A stretch of 64,000 bases of DNA from Vermamoeba vermiformis (taxonomy: Eukaryota): contig JBEWZL010000272.1 in assembly GCA_045837725.1 (NCBI GenBank), forward strand, positions 186,001-250,000, given 5' to 3'. The position numbers and the translations under genes were made by a program. The notes beneath the pieces were generated by a model, which saw nothing but the letters and a program-made list of their open reading frames with translations, did not search any database and had not been told where the DNA came from. Positions 11,735-23,274 of this stretch are shown here, piece by piece (the stretch's first letter is position 1; every line of letters starts with the position of its first letter).

Positions 11735-14700
11735 ATGGAGCTTGTGGATGACATCTGGCTCCGAATTTTTGGTCTGCTGCCAACTATCCAACGATCTAAA
11801 TGTATTTTAGTAAGTCGTGTACACTAGATATTAATTTTTGGGCCACGTATGCTCCTTATCATCGAAACGGCGTGGATCTTAATTTTTTCTGAATTTATTT
11901 ATTACACACGCTTTTCTGGCCTATACTAAAAATTTCTTAAGTGCATTCAATATTTAATTATCTAATTTTAAAATAATTTAAATAGGTCTCCAAAAAATGG
12001 CGCGATTTGTTGATGCTGCATCCAATTGTTTGGCAGACAGTCGAAGTATCCTTCGACAAACAAAATAACGCGCAGCATATTGGCCTCAAAATTGACGAGA
12101 ATCAATCTGAAACTGAAGCCGATCAGCTGGCTTCTGTGTCCCGCACAGACAACTTCTTTCAATTTTTCCACCAGATCTGCTCTTCAATAGTAGATTTAAA
12201 CTTAGAGGTAGATATGATGAGCACAAAGGAAAGCATGTCAAAAAATCTCGACGCAATCTTTCAAATCCGCTCGCTGCAACGTTTCAGATGCAAGTTCGTA
12301 AATAATGAAAAGACAATAAAGCTTGGCCCAGCAGCAGCAAGAACGTCAAAACAAGTTAATGAATATCATACCACGGCAGTACCAGCGTGCAAGGATTTGA
12401 AGATACTGAACCTCGAGTTTGCCAAAGGACTATTTATTTATCCAAAAGTGTATCAGATCCTTTTCTCGGTAAGCAAAAATTATCATGCTCCGCTTATTAT
12501 TAACGCAAAACACAGAACTTGCCTAATTTGGAAGAGTTCTATCCTGTCGCAGGAATGCCTTTTGATCCGAATCTGTTCTCTAACACCCCAAAACTCAAAC
12601 GTCTTAGTCTCTGTACTTTTGCATATGTTAGCGATGCAAAAAAGTTTATCGACGCATGTCCTAGTCTGGAATACCTAATCTTACGAGAAGAGAATGTATT
12701 GGATCAAACCGAGTTGGCTACGTTGGATCTCGTCGGCTGCAGCAAACTCAGGAAATATAAGAACACTTATATCGTCTTTGCAACCATATTTAACGATATA
12801 AGTGCGTTATTGAACGATCAACTGAACATCTTGAAGCCACTTTTCACTCCCTACACAACCTTTGATCAGCCGTACTTGACCTGCGTAGTCGCTCAGAGCA
12901 AAATGTTTCTTAGCTATGCATTGAATTTCCTGGTAAATGAAATGCATTACGATATCAACGGAAGGTACGTAAGTCTTTTTTAACGAAGGAAAACGATCTG
13001 ACTATTTTTTCAGAGACATTCCAGATTTTCATTATCGCCCTTCATTTTGCTTTTTAAACCCAGATAAAAACGTGAGTAATATTACCATTACTATAAAAAT
13101 TTAGCTAAACGCATCCAACTCTAGCGAGTGTTTCCTATTGAAGAGGCAGTTGCAGATCCAGAAAAATTAAGGGTACTGCTTGAATACGGTGCTCAAATAG
13201 AGATACCAGAGACTTCACTATTCGTTCACGCCCAAAAAATCGAATCCGCATTGATGTTGCTTGAAAAAGGAGCGGATCCTAACAGAATTATAACCATCGA
13301 TGGTCAGACATCTCCTGCTTATATTACCTTGCTTTATGCTCTCAACTGGGATGGCAAAGGTACTGTTATTATACTAATTCACCGGTTCTAATGCCAGTTT
13401 ACATCAGATCCGTACTTGGTCTTTCAAGAACTCGGCAAGCGTGGATGTGACTTTAACAAAGCAGCATGGAAATCGCCACTAAACCAAGAAGAAAGCTCAT
13501 TACTAGATGTAATGCTTATGTTTATTTAAACTGAGTGTATTAACTCTTTTGGGCAGGAACAAATTCGAACACAAAATGTTCGGGCCATTGAAGCGATGTT
13601 GGACTATGGTGCTGAATGGCGATGGACGAGACATGCTATTGAATTCGGACATAAATATCCTCAAAAGGTAATGATTTATATTAAATTTCTTGCCTATCCT
13701 AAGTATGTTCTAACGACTTTATTTTATCAGCTTGAAACGCTCTTGAATAAAGGCAAAATTGACGTTAAAGGCATGCCAATTACTCTGGCCTTGCTCTTGT
13801 GTGAAAAGAATATGGCTCCGTTACTGTTAGTACTTATTATTATACTGCTAATGTTTACTAATTACTTTTGACATCGATCAGGATCGAGTCTTTCAAAGCC
13901 AATCGAGATTACCGCAATGCAAATGGCCTAAGTCTAGCTCATTTGGTTACACTAATACCGCCATCTGGCGTTCCAAACAAACAAGTTCCTCCGCCAAAAA
14001 AGAAGTCGTTGACGAAGTTTGACCGATGGATCGAAGACACTCCCAAACCTTCTTCCTTGACAGGCTTTAGCTTTTCAAATGAGTTAAACCCCGCATTTTC
14101 GTTTACTCCTGTAACTACAAAGCCCACAGTAGACGCAAGCACGAAGAACGCTAAATCTGGATCTGGATCTGGATTCAGTTTTTCGACCTCAACGCCATCC
14201 TTCTCGTTCAATTCATCAACATTTACTTCACCCAATGCGCCACTGCCATCAGGTTTCTCATTTGGCAACAATCAATCAACGACACAACCGTTGTCTACCC
14301 CGTCTATCACGCTGCCGGATCCAGCTAACACGTTTAGTTCAAAGACGGACACACCAGCTAAGAGTGCGAGCCCAGCGTTCTCATTCACATCGTCAATACC
14401 CCCTCCCAATCATGTTGCCTCACTCAGTTTCAACACTGCTCCAACATCGAACACGAGCTCGGCCTTTTCCTTTAGTTCAAGCAGCTCTCAGCCTAGTAAC
14501 ACGCCGAACCCAACATTTTCGTTCTCAACGCCATCACCTTCGAATGCTACGCCAAACAGTTCTGCCACACCTGAGCCTCAAACCAGTGTCCCAAAGTTCT
14601 CGTTCACCTCGTCAATACCGTTGCCAAATCCGAATGCTGCCTTCTCTTTCAGCAACAACTTGCCATCAAACACTACCAGCCCGACATCTCCATTCGCATC

Positions 14701-16801
14701 GTCAATTACCCTCCCCAGTCTAAGCACTGCATTTGGCGCTCCATCAGTGCAACTGCCACCCTTGCCATCGTTCAACTTTTCATCGGACAAGACGGCTGAT
14801 AAGATGCAAGATAAAAGTGCTCCTGTCTTCTCTTTTGGAGGTATATCAGCCCTAACAAAGACTGAAGAAACGAAGAAATACGATTGGTCACGTGACTTGA
14901 CCGAAATCTTCATCAAAGAAGTGAACATCGATCTTAACGCAAAAACGAATAGAGGCGACACTCCGTTACATATTTTGATGAAAATTCAAACCGATTCATT
15001 TGTCAAATTGCTACGTGCGATTGTACTGATAGAACACGGTGCAGATCCACTTGCAAAAGTAAGTCTTTTTCGGTTTGACTTAAGTAAGATGCTAATAACT
15101 ATAGAATGATACTCAAATGTCAGTATTATCAACGGCATGTCAACACGGCGTGTGGGAGGTCGTTTTCATGTTGCTGGACAAGTACAACGCGAACATCAAT
15201 GATCGATGTACCAACGGCAATACACCACTGATGTTTGCCATTTATGGACACAAACACAACGACATTGTTCCGCAAGACGAATTCGATGTTAATTTCACAA
15301 GACTGTTGACAAAATATCCCGTCGACTTTTCGATCCGCGATGTAAGTTCAGGACTACAAACTCTAGGTGAAGTCGTATTAAATTGTTTCCTTATTAGGAG
15401 TACGGTCGATCATTGATACATCTACTTGCAAGCCTGGGTGAAAAGGAACTGCTAACTCCTTATTTGGACAAGATGGATGTCAACGCGAGGTTCGTACTGG
15501 AAAGACAATTTGACGTGTGACACTTTGACACTTACGAAATTATTTGGCTTTTTGAAGTGCTCAATTGGCGTTTAAAATGACTTGTTTGACACTTTTGACA
15601 CTTTGACAGGGACGTTTCAGGCTTCACGCCACTTCACTACGCAATCATGTTCGGCAATGACCATCTGATCGAACCACTGATAAAGTGTGGAGCAGATGTG
15701 AATGCACAAACAATATCACTCAAACTCACACGTAAGCTGATCCAGTTCTCAGGTGTTTCTGACTTATTTTCTTTTCAGCCCTGATGCTACTATTGCACAT
15801 CACAAATCCCAACTCGCCGTACAAGTGCTACTTGCACCACTACGCGACTGCATTCTTCGGCTCGTTCAGTGGCATGACCTCAATCAAAAGTGGAGCTCGT
15901 GTAGATCAACCAAACGTGTCACGTGCTCGCCCATTCACGTAAGTGTACTTAATGTTATTGACATTGATACATTGAGCTAAATGCACCTTCAGCACACGAT
16001 TGAGAAACGTTCCTGAGACGATTGAACTGTTGCGCTCAAAGTCAGATCTAAGTTTGACTGATCGATTCGACAACTCCGTTCAGCAACTCGTAAGTAAAAT
16101 AATTAATATTTGTCGTTTTCTATTCACTAAATTGACCTTATAGCTTGATAATCGACTCGCTAAATCAACACCGAATCTCATTAACGACGACGGGGATCAT
16201 TCGTTCATGAAGTTCCTGAAAAAGGTTTGTGCAATATAATATGCTTTATGTAATTGCCTTATTAAACTAATGTCTCTGTAGCTGTTCCAAAACACTCACG
16301 AAACTGACGGAGATTGGCTGGCCATGCTCGAAGAATATCTTGCGAAGAAAGGTATACATAACGTCGTTTCATTTCACAAGCATCGAATTAACTCGTTTTT
16401 TCGTTCAGACGACACTATTATTCACGCACGTGATGCACACGGCAACACACCACTTCACATTGCGTGCCAGTTCTTTCACATGGGTGTTGCTGACTCGATG
16501 TTTGCGTGCCTGGAAGATGAACACCAATCAGCTCCGTATTGTCTTGTTGCATTCATGCTCTTGGAACGTAAGTGATTGGTCTCATAGTGATCGCTTTACT
16601 CACTATCACTACGTGCTAAATAATTGTTTTTTTTCAGATGGAGCAGATCCAACACTGAAAAACAACAAAGGTGAAACACCACTCGACTACGTTCCTAATC
16701 TGAAAGAACTATCGATGAAGATGTACGAACGAGCATTAAAGGATACCAAAGAGATGATTGAACGTAACCTGAAATGCAGATCCAGTTTTATGTTAAACTA
16801 A
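11735..16801 (+). CDS. F-box - LRR - ankyrin protein with FG/FxF-repeat insert, copy C (multi-exon)
   Basis: MELVDDIWLRIFGLLPTIQRSKCIL|VSKKWRDLLMLHPIVW F-box. LRR PNLEEF..TPKLKRLSL..CPSLEYLIL. Ankyrins NRGDTPLH, TNGNTPLMFA, DAHGNTPLHIAC, NNKGETPLD. Longest FSF-rich insert of the three (~14060-14840). Confidence 0.87.
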
Positions 16802-16961
16802 TAAACATAATTGGTATTTATCCCGACGGGAAAAACGCTTCGGACCTCTTTCGAAAAATCCGAATTTTAATTTTCCGGATCTATTTTTAGGTGATTATTT
16901 TTAGCTTTGTGTCACAGATTGATGCGAGATTAATTTAATTTAAATTGAAAGAGAATACAAC

Positions 16962-17920
16962 ATGAGCCAAGAGTGGAGCGAAGCAGCACATTATTATGAT
17001 TATTTTGGTCAGTTCACTAAGCAATTTGCTGTGCGAACGGTGGATCTGGTCGAAAATGAAATTGAAAAGGAGCGATTTACTGGCCAAATTAATATCCTAG
17101 ACGTTGCTTGTGGCACTGGCAACGTGTCTTTAGCATTTTTAAAGCGAATGCCGCAAAAAGTAAATGTTTTGGCCGTCGATCTGTCAGAACAAATGGTGAA
17201 TATTGCCGAGCAAAAAATTCTGGCTTTAAATGCAGCCAATGCCTCGACTAAAGTTATGGACGGTCAAGTATGATATAATTGTATTTTTATTTAATTTATT
17301 TATCGATTTTCTTGCAGGCTCTTTCCCTTGACAGCGATAGTTTTGATGTATGCACGAATCTGTTCAGCATAATGTACTTTCCCGATCGAGCAAAGGGCTT
17401 CCAGTATGTACTTATACTTCCGATAATTCTCATAATTAATGTAATTAGTGAAATGTTTCGGGTACTGAAACCAGAAGGAATGGTGATCTTGGGTACATGG
17501 CACGCAATCCAAACAGTAGATATTGGCCGAGCTATAGCAAAATTTTATAATGCATCTCATAATCCAGATTTGGACCGAGTTCTTGCGCTTGCGGATCGAA
17601 GTTTAATTACGAAGGTAAATTTCAAATTCCGATTTAATTGATCCGCCGAGAAACTCAAATTCACCTTTCTATTTTAGGAAATGACCGACGCTGGATTCCG
17701 AGATATTGTCATCGAAAGAACAATTGTCTATTGGGTTATCAACGATAAATCCGTTTTTGAGAAGGTGATCGTGCATACGCCACTCTTTTCGCACGAACAC
17801 GATAGAGAAAAGTTAGCCAAGGATATGCCTGATATATTAGAGACCGTAATACCAAACTATAAGACCATTTCGACGTTCCAATTGAAATGTGTGGCAAACA
17901 TGGCTTATGGATTTAAATAA
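16962..17920 (+). CDS. Class I SAM-dependent methyltransferase (UbiE/COQ5-like)
   Basis: ILDVACGTG motif I, AVDLSEQM, DSFD..., MFRVLKPEG across 4 exons. Confidence 0.9.
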
Positions 17921-18066
17921 AAGTCTCGGGACAGCTCCGATCACTTGTAACATTAAAATAAACACTCCTTTTTGTATATTGAAATACTATAATTACATGT
18001 TTTATCGTCTAATAACAAAATTCCAATGCAATACTTAAACTGCGTTGGGATCCAATAAATAAAATT

Positions 18067-20497
18067 TTAAAATGAAACTCCAACAGGCACGCTAACGGCA
18101 GCATTTTGAATATTCTCGATGTTTTCGTTATTAGCAGCAACCTTTTGTTTCTTGGCAGCAGGCTCTGAAGCAGATGCGTCTTCGAGCTTTCGTTTCTTAA
18201 TCAAGGTAGCAATGCTAGGCTTAGTAGTTGGTCTAGCGACAGCCAAAGGTGCTTTAGCGGCTGTCGTAGAAGTAGACTTGGTAATAGCAGGCTTAGTAGT
18301 AGCAGTGGTTGAAGTCTTTGTAACGGATGTGGATGTTGCGGCAGGCTTGGTGACAACAGTGGTAGGCTTAGGAATTAATGACTGTCGAGGAGCAGCTGCT
18401 TTAGTAGTTGCAACCTTAGGTGCTTCAGGCTTAGCTTCAACCTTGGGTGCTTCAACTTTTTCGGATGTGGTTTCAGTCTTAGTTGCGGGTTCAGCTGGTT
18501 TGCTCTCTGCTTGAGCGGCCTTAGCAGCAGCCTGTTGCTTCAACGAGGCAGCAGTTATAGGCTTAACAATGTTTGACTTGGCGGGCAAACCAGATGCGAT
18601 CTTTGACACGGCATTAGTAGGCTTGGTAACCGTTGATGGACGAGAAGGAACCAATGACTGTCTTGAAACAGGCTTAGTAATCATTGAAGGACGGCTAGCA
18701 ACAGGCTTTGTGACTGTCTTGGTAGCGGATGTAGCAGCAGATGTGGGGAGCAAACTGCGTCGGGAGTCGATCTTGCTTTGAGCAACAACAGGCTTAGTAA
18801 CAGTTGAAGCAACACGTGATGAAGCAGTAGCAATTGAAGCACGAGGCTTGGCTTGAGTGGCAGATCCAGCGTCCTTAATGTTGCTCAAGTTCTTCGTTCC
18901 AAGAACGTAGTCACCATTACTAGCGGTAGATGCCTTAGTAGCAGCAGTAGTAGTCTTGGTCACACCAGTCTTGCTTTGAGTCTTAACAGCAGGGTTTAGC
19001 AGTGTTTGAAACCTTCGCGTTATTCACTGCAGCGGATGCGGCAGATGTGAAGGAAGATTTGACCGCAGAAAAGCCAAACTTGGATTGAACACCGCGAGAA
19101 GTGCCTGAAGGTGTAGCTGGAACAACCTTTTCGACTTTAGGATTGAATTCGAAGCCAGTTTGACCAGGAGCAAGTTTAACTTCTTCCTTCGGCTTGACCA
19201 GATGGGCTACAAACTCATCAAAAGTTTCAGGAATAGGCTTGCCTCGATTAAGCATAGAAGGCGCCTTACTATAAGAGAAGAGTTTAGACTAAAGAAGCTT
19301 ATTCAAGATCAGATCGAGCCAACTTACGAAATGAGCTGTTGTTGCTGGATGCGTTCCTTCTTGCGCTCGAGGAACTTGTCAATGTCTTCCTCGTTAAGAG
19401 GAATTTCGTTGGCCTCAGCAGAAGCTTCAATCTCGCTCCAAGTCAATGAAGATTTCTTCTTGGGCGTATCAATCGAACTAGTAATAAGCAACGATTAGCT
19501 TCAAATACTATTATACTTATATATAATATGTCATGTACGTACTCGTCAATCTTAGGCAATTCGGTGGGCTTAGTGGTGCGCTTGATAACGGAAATCTTGT
19601 CGACAACCATTTCAAGAGCCTTTCGTTTCTCGCCAAGAATAGCACTACGAAGGATGTTAATATAATGTAAACATGTCATGAATCAACTATTAAATTAAAT
19701 GATTCACAAGATTCGAAACGGCTATAAGAAGGATTTGCTTACATCTTTTTGTTCTTTGACTTTTGTTCGTGGTTCTTTCTAATACCATCGACTCTCTTCT
19801 TAGTACGAGGAGTCATCGGTGCCTTAGCAGCGGGTTGCATTTCAGAATAGGGAAGTAAAATGGGAGCATTAGGATCTGTTTCAGTTTTTCTGAAATATGC
19901 AACCATGTTAGAACGACCTCGATCCTTGTTAACATCATTAACTTACACCTCGTATGGTGGGAACTCGATCTTAGGCACGGGTGCTTGATTGACTTCGATA
20001 GGAGCCTCAGTAACGGTAGACTCGATCTCCATCTTGCTTTCCGATCGTTCTTCAGATTTTTGTTCCTCGACTTCAGAAGCAGGCTCCGATTCCATAACGC
20101 TAGTCTCTTCCTTGCGTTCCTCGACGGCGCTCTCTTCTTCCTTCTGTTCAGGAACGATGTCCATTGTTTCAACTTCAGATTCTGCCGCAGATTCAGCAAC
20201 AGATTCAGAGACAGAAGAAGGCTCAATCTGCGAACTCTCTTCAACCTCTGATTTATCCTCATCTTTCGATTCTTCTTTGGCACCGGTCAAATGCTCTTCA
20301 TGATATTTACGAAGCTTCTCCTTCATTTTATCGGTCTAAAACCGCAAAATATATCAGTAAATAATTCAAAATTGTCTTGAAATATTATTATTAATTACCT
20401 TTAAGTTGGCTCTGATGCCAAACTTCTTGCAAAGAGCTTGAATGTCGGATCTCGACATGTTCTCGAGCTCATCCACATTAAAATACAAATCCTCCAT
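18067..20497 (-). CDS. SAP/HeH-like N-terminal domain protein with an acidic segment and a long Lys/Ala/Thr/Pro-rich basic tail (NuSAP-like, putative microtubule/chromatin binder); apparent +1 indel at ~18993
   Basis: N-terminus ELENMSRSDIQALCKKFGIRANLK resembles the NuSAP/SAP N-terminal motif. Repeated SRQSL/TKP motifs and an NLS-like KKRKL...KKQK. Removing one G at 18992-18994 joins ORFs 18983-19255 and 18067-18963. Confidence 0.65.
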
Positions 20498-20710
20498 GAT
20501 ACTTACAAAATATATACAAGACGCGTGGCGTATACAACAAATAACGAATGAAATGACGAGAAAACATTCAAATCTATTTAAAACTTGGTTGGCGCGAAAA
20601 GAAACGGTCAAATAAGAAATCTCGTGCTCGTTGACCAAACGTTGACCGAAAGGAAAATACTCAAGCCAAGCTCTTGCCTGTCGTTCTACTAACTACACAA
20701 ATAATACACA

Positions 20711-21189
20711 ATGGTACGTGATCAAAATTAAGCACGAATGACGCAAGATACAACGCAAAAATTTTTCCGTTTGACTCGATTCAGATGACGAGGCTAACTT
20801 TATCATTGCAATTAGAGCGGACGAGCTATTACTAAAAAGGTTGCCACTGGTGGTGCTACTGCTGGTTTGGGCGATGGTTTCTTGCGATTCAACGTCGGAG
20901 ACTCTGCTGGATTGAAGGTGTAAGTAAATTTTGATTTTTTAATTCAAAAAATTGAAATTAAAAATTGATGACATGTCTTCATTGCTTGTCTTAGCACTAT
21001 TTAATTATGGGCAATATTTTATGAATTATTAGCACGAGTACAAGCGAAATTAGAAAAAAAAAATATCTCGTGCAATGATTTTGACCTTACTTATATTTTA
21101 GCGGACCCACCGTCGTTTTGGGTATGAGCTTGGCCTTTATGGCTTTTGTTGCCGTTTTACACATTGTTGGCAAGGTTTACCGAGGATAA
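20711..21189 (+). CDS. SEC61B: Sec61 translocon beta subunit (3 exons: 20711-20713, 20816-20919, 21102-21189)
   Basis: Spliced product MSGRAITKKVATGGATAGLGDGFLRFNVGDSAGLKVGPTVVLGMSLAFMAFVAVLHIVGKVYRG* has the Sec61beta signature (RF...D..GLKVGP..VL.MSL.F...LHI.GK). Absent from the ORF track. Confidence 0.92.
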
Positions 21190-21349
21190 GCTTGCAACTA
21201 CCTGTACATGCTCAATAAATAGCTTTATCAAAGCTTGAGCAAGAAACAATAGAATAGCGCACAAGATGATAACAACGAAGAACGCAAAGCTCAGTCCAGC
21301 ATTTTCGTACTGGTCGGGCTCTCGTTTTTCGCGACCGTCGGACAACAAC

Positions 21350-21423
21350 GGCCGTTTAGCTCAGTTGGTTAGAGCATCGTGCTAATAACGCGAGGGTCCC
21401 AGGTTCGATCCCTGGAATGGCCA
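21350..21423 (+). tRNA. tRNA-Ile, anticodon AAT
   Basis: GGCCGTT/AATGGCC acceptor stem, D-arm AGCTCAGTTGGTTAGAGC, anticodon loop CTAATAA, T-arm GGTTCGATCC, followed by a poly-T Pol III terminator. Confidence 0.97.
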
Positions 21424-21576
21424 ATTTTTTTTTCCTTTTGCATTTGCTCTTGCTTACGAGGAAAGAGATTGAATACCACCAATATAGGTTGGTTGACTAC
21501 CACTACGATATGCATTCATTCGTAGACCATCTCGCCGGATCTGGATCACAGCGATAGAAAAACTTTACACTGTTTA

Positions 21577-23060
21577 TTAATTGTCGACTTCAAGAACTTG
21601 CTGAGGGTTGAGTCCTAAATACAATTCAGCTTCTTCGTGCATAGCAATAGCGCCGAGCCAAGCGTAAGTGTTAACCAGTTCAGCGGTGAAGTTGAGTTGG
21701 GTTTGGACGGTGGAAAGACCTTCGCTTTCAGCTTGCAACAAGTGAGCAGTAGCGGTGGCTGTGGCTTGTTGGATTTGCAAGTATTTCGCTGCTTCGGCCT
21801 TGGCGTTAATAACTAGACGAATGAAAAGTTAGCGATCCGCAGAGTTGCGCGATCCAGTTGTGAAACAGATTCTCATAATTGCATCGTATTGATATGCATG
21901 TACTTACCAGTGATGTTACCAGCGTTCTCGCAATTAATGACTTGCGTAGTAGCATTGACTACGGCAGTGTTGTACTCGTATTGAGCCTTGATGATGCCTT
22001 GTTCAGCGACGATAGTATCTGTTCAATAAGCACGAGTTAATATAAATTCATAGTAGCCGAGAGGTACGTTTGAACGAATAAGGTGCGAGACCTAAAGTAG
22101 TTATGCATACCTTGAATAGCGTCTTCGAATTGTGCAGGCAACTTAACGCTGTGCAATTGGAAGTACTCGACAGTGGAGTGCAAGTTGCTGGCAAACAAGC
22201 CTTGAAGACCCTTCAATATGTCCGAGGCTATAGTAAAAGTTATTAGAAACTATTCGGTTCATCGCGCTACGGATCGAGTTCCGGATTCGTAACAGAAGTT
22301 GTCTTTAGGCCTGAAATGCTTAACTTACCAACATCAGATTGGTTGTTGAAGAACTGATAAGCAGTAAAGTTGGTGCACAACTGGCCAATCTTGCTGCGAG
22401 CTACATCGAGATAGACATCCAAGTAGTTCTCACCGAAAGACATGTAGAGGTCAAACAATTGATCGGGAGTAAGCTTATATTGGAAACTAATAGTAAGAAA
22501 TGAGTATACGAACAATAGAACGATAAAGCGCGTCGTCTCGTGGATGGATCGTAATCGACCAAGCGCCTTTATGACCGAACATTCGAATCTAACAAGGTAG
22601 GCTATAAAGAATATTGTACTAACCTTAATCCTAAGCTGACCGGTAAACCGTCCGACGAGAAGGCCTGAACGAACTTATCGCTAGATTCGAACTCGATCGT
22701 TTGCAACATGCGCGGGTATTTAATAAATGAATGGCCTAAACCCAAGAAATAAAGGCCGCTAGTATAGACTTTAGTGTCGACTTGTTTGTTATTGTTGTTG
22801 TAATCCAGGCCGTATCTGTTTTAAAAAAATCAGTAAATTACTGATCGTAATATTGGAGGTATTACTATGATATTTTGATCGTTTAGAGCGTATTAATTGT
22901 TAATTTTGGAATTCCGTTACTACACCGAAGTTTTTAAATTCTAAACTGCTTACTCTGTGGCGTCTAGCGAGCTGAAACTAACGCTGAATAATACTATAGA
23001 GGGTACTAATACGAAGATGACGAAGGCACCTCCGACAATAAGATTTCTGCGTTTACCCAT
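21577..23060 (-). CDS. SPFH/band-7 (prohibitin-like) membrane protein 1
   Basis: N-terminal TM, then SLDATEYGLDY...SGLYFLGLGHSFIKYP, SSDGLPVSLGLSFQYKL, LHSVKCPAQFEDAIQ and an Ala/Gln-rich coiled coil. Confidence 0.85.
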
Positions 23061-23274
23061 CGTTAAATATCAGATCCTTTCCAACGAATCCACTTCTTGC
23101 CTTTTCTTTTGATAAATGAGAAGATGAATATGACTTCTCTTTTTACGGCTAATATAATAAGACCACAAAAAGAGTTCTTTGGCAAGTTCTAGAAAACGAA
23201 AAACGGAAACGAAAAAGTAGAATTGCAGATTCGCGCTTGGTTCTTATTTTCTCGACCGATTTGTATTTATTTAC

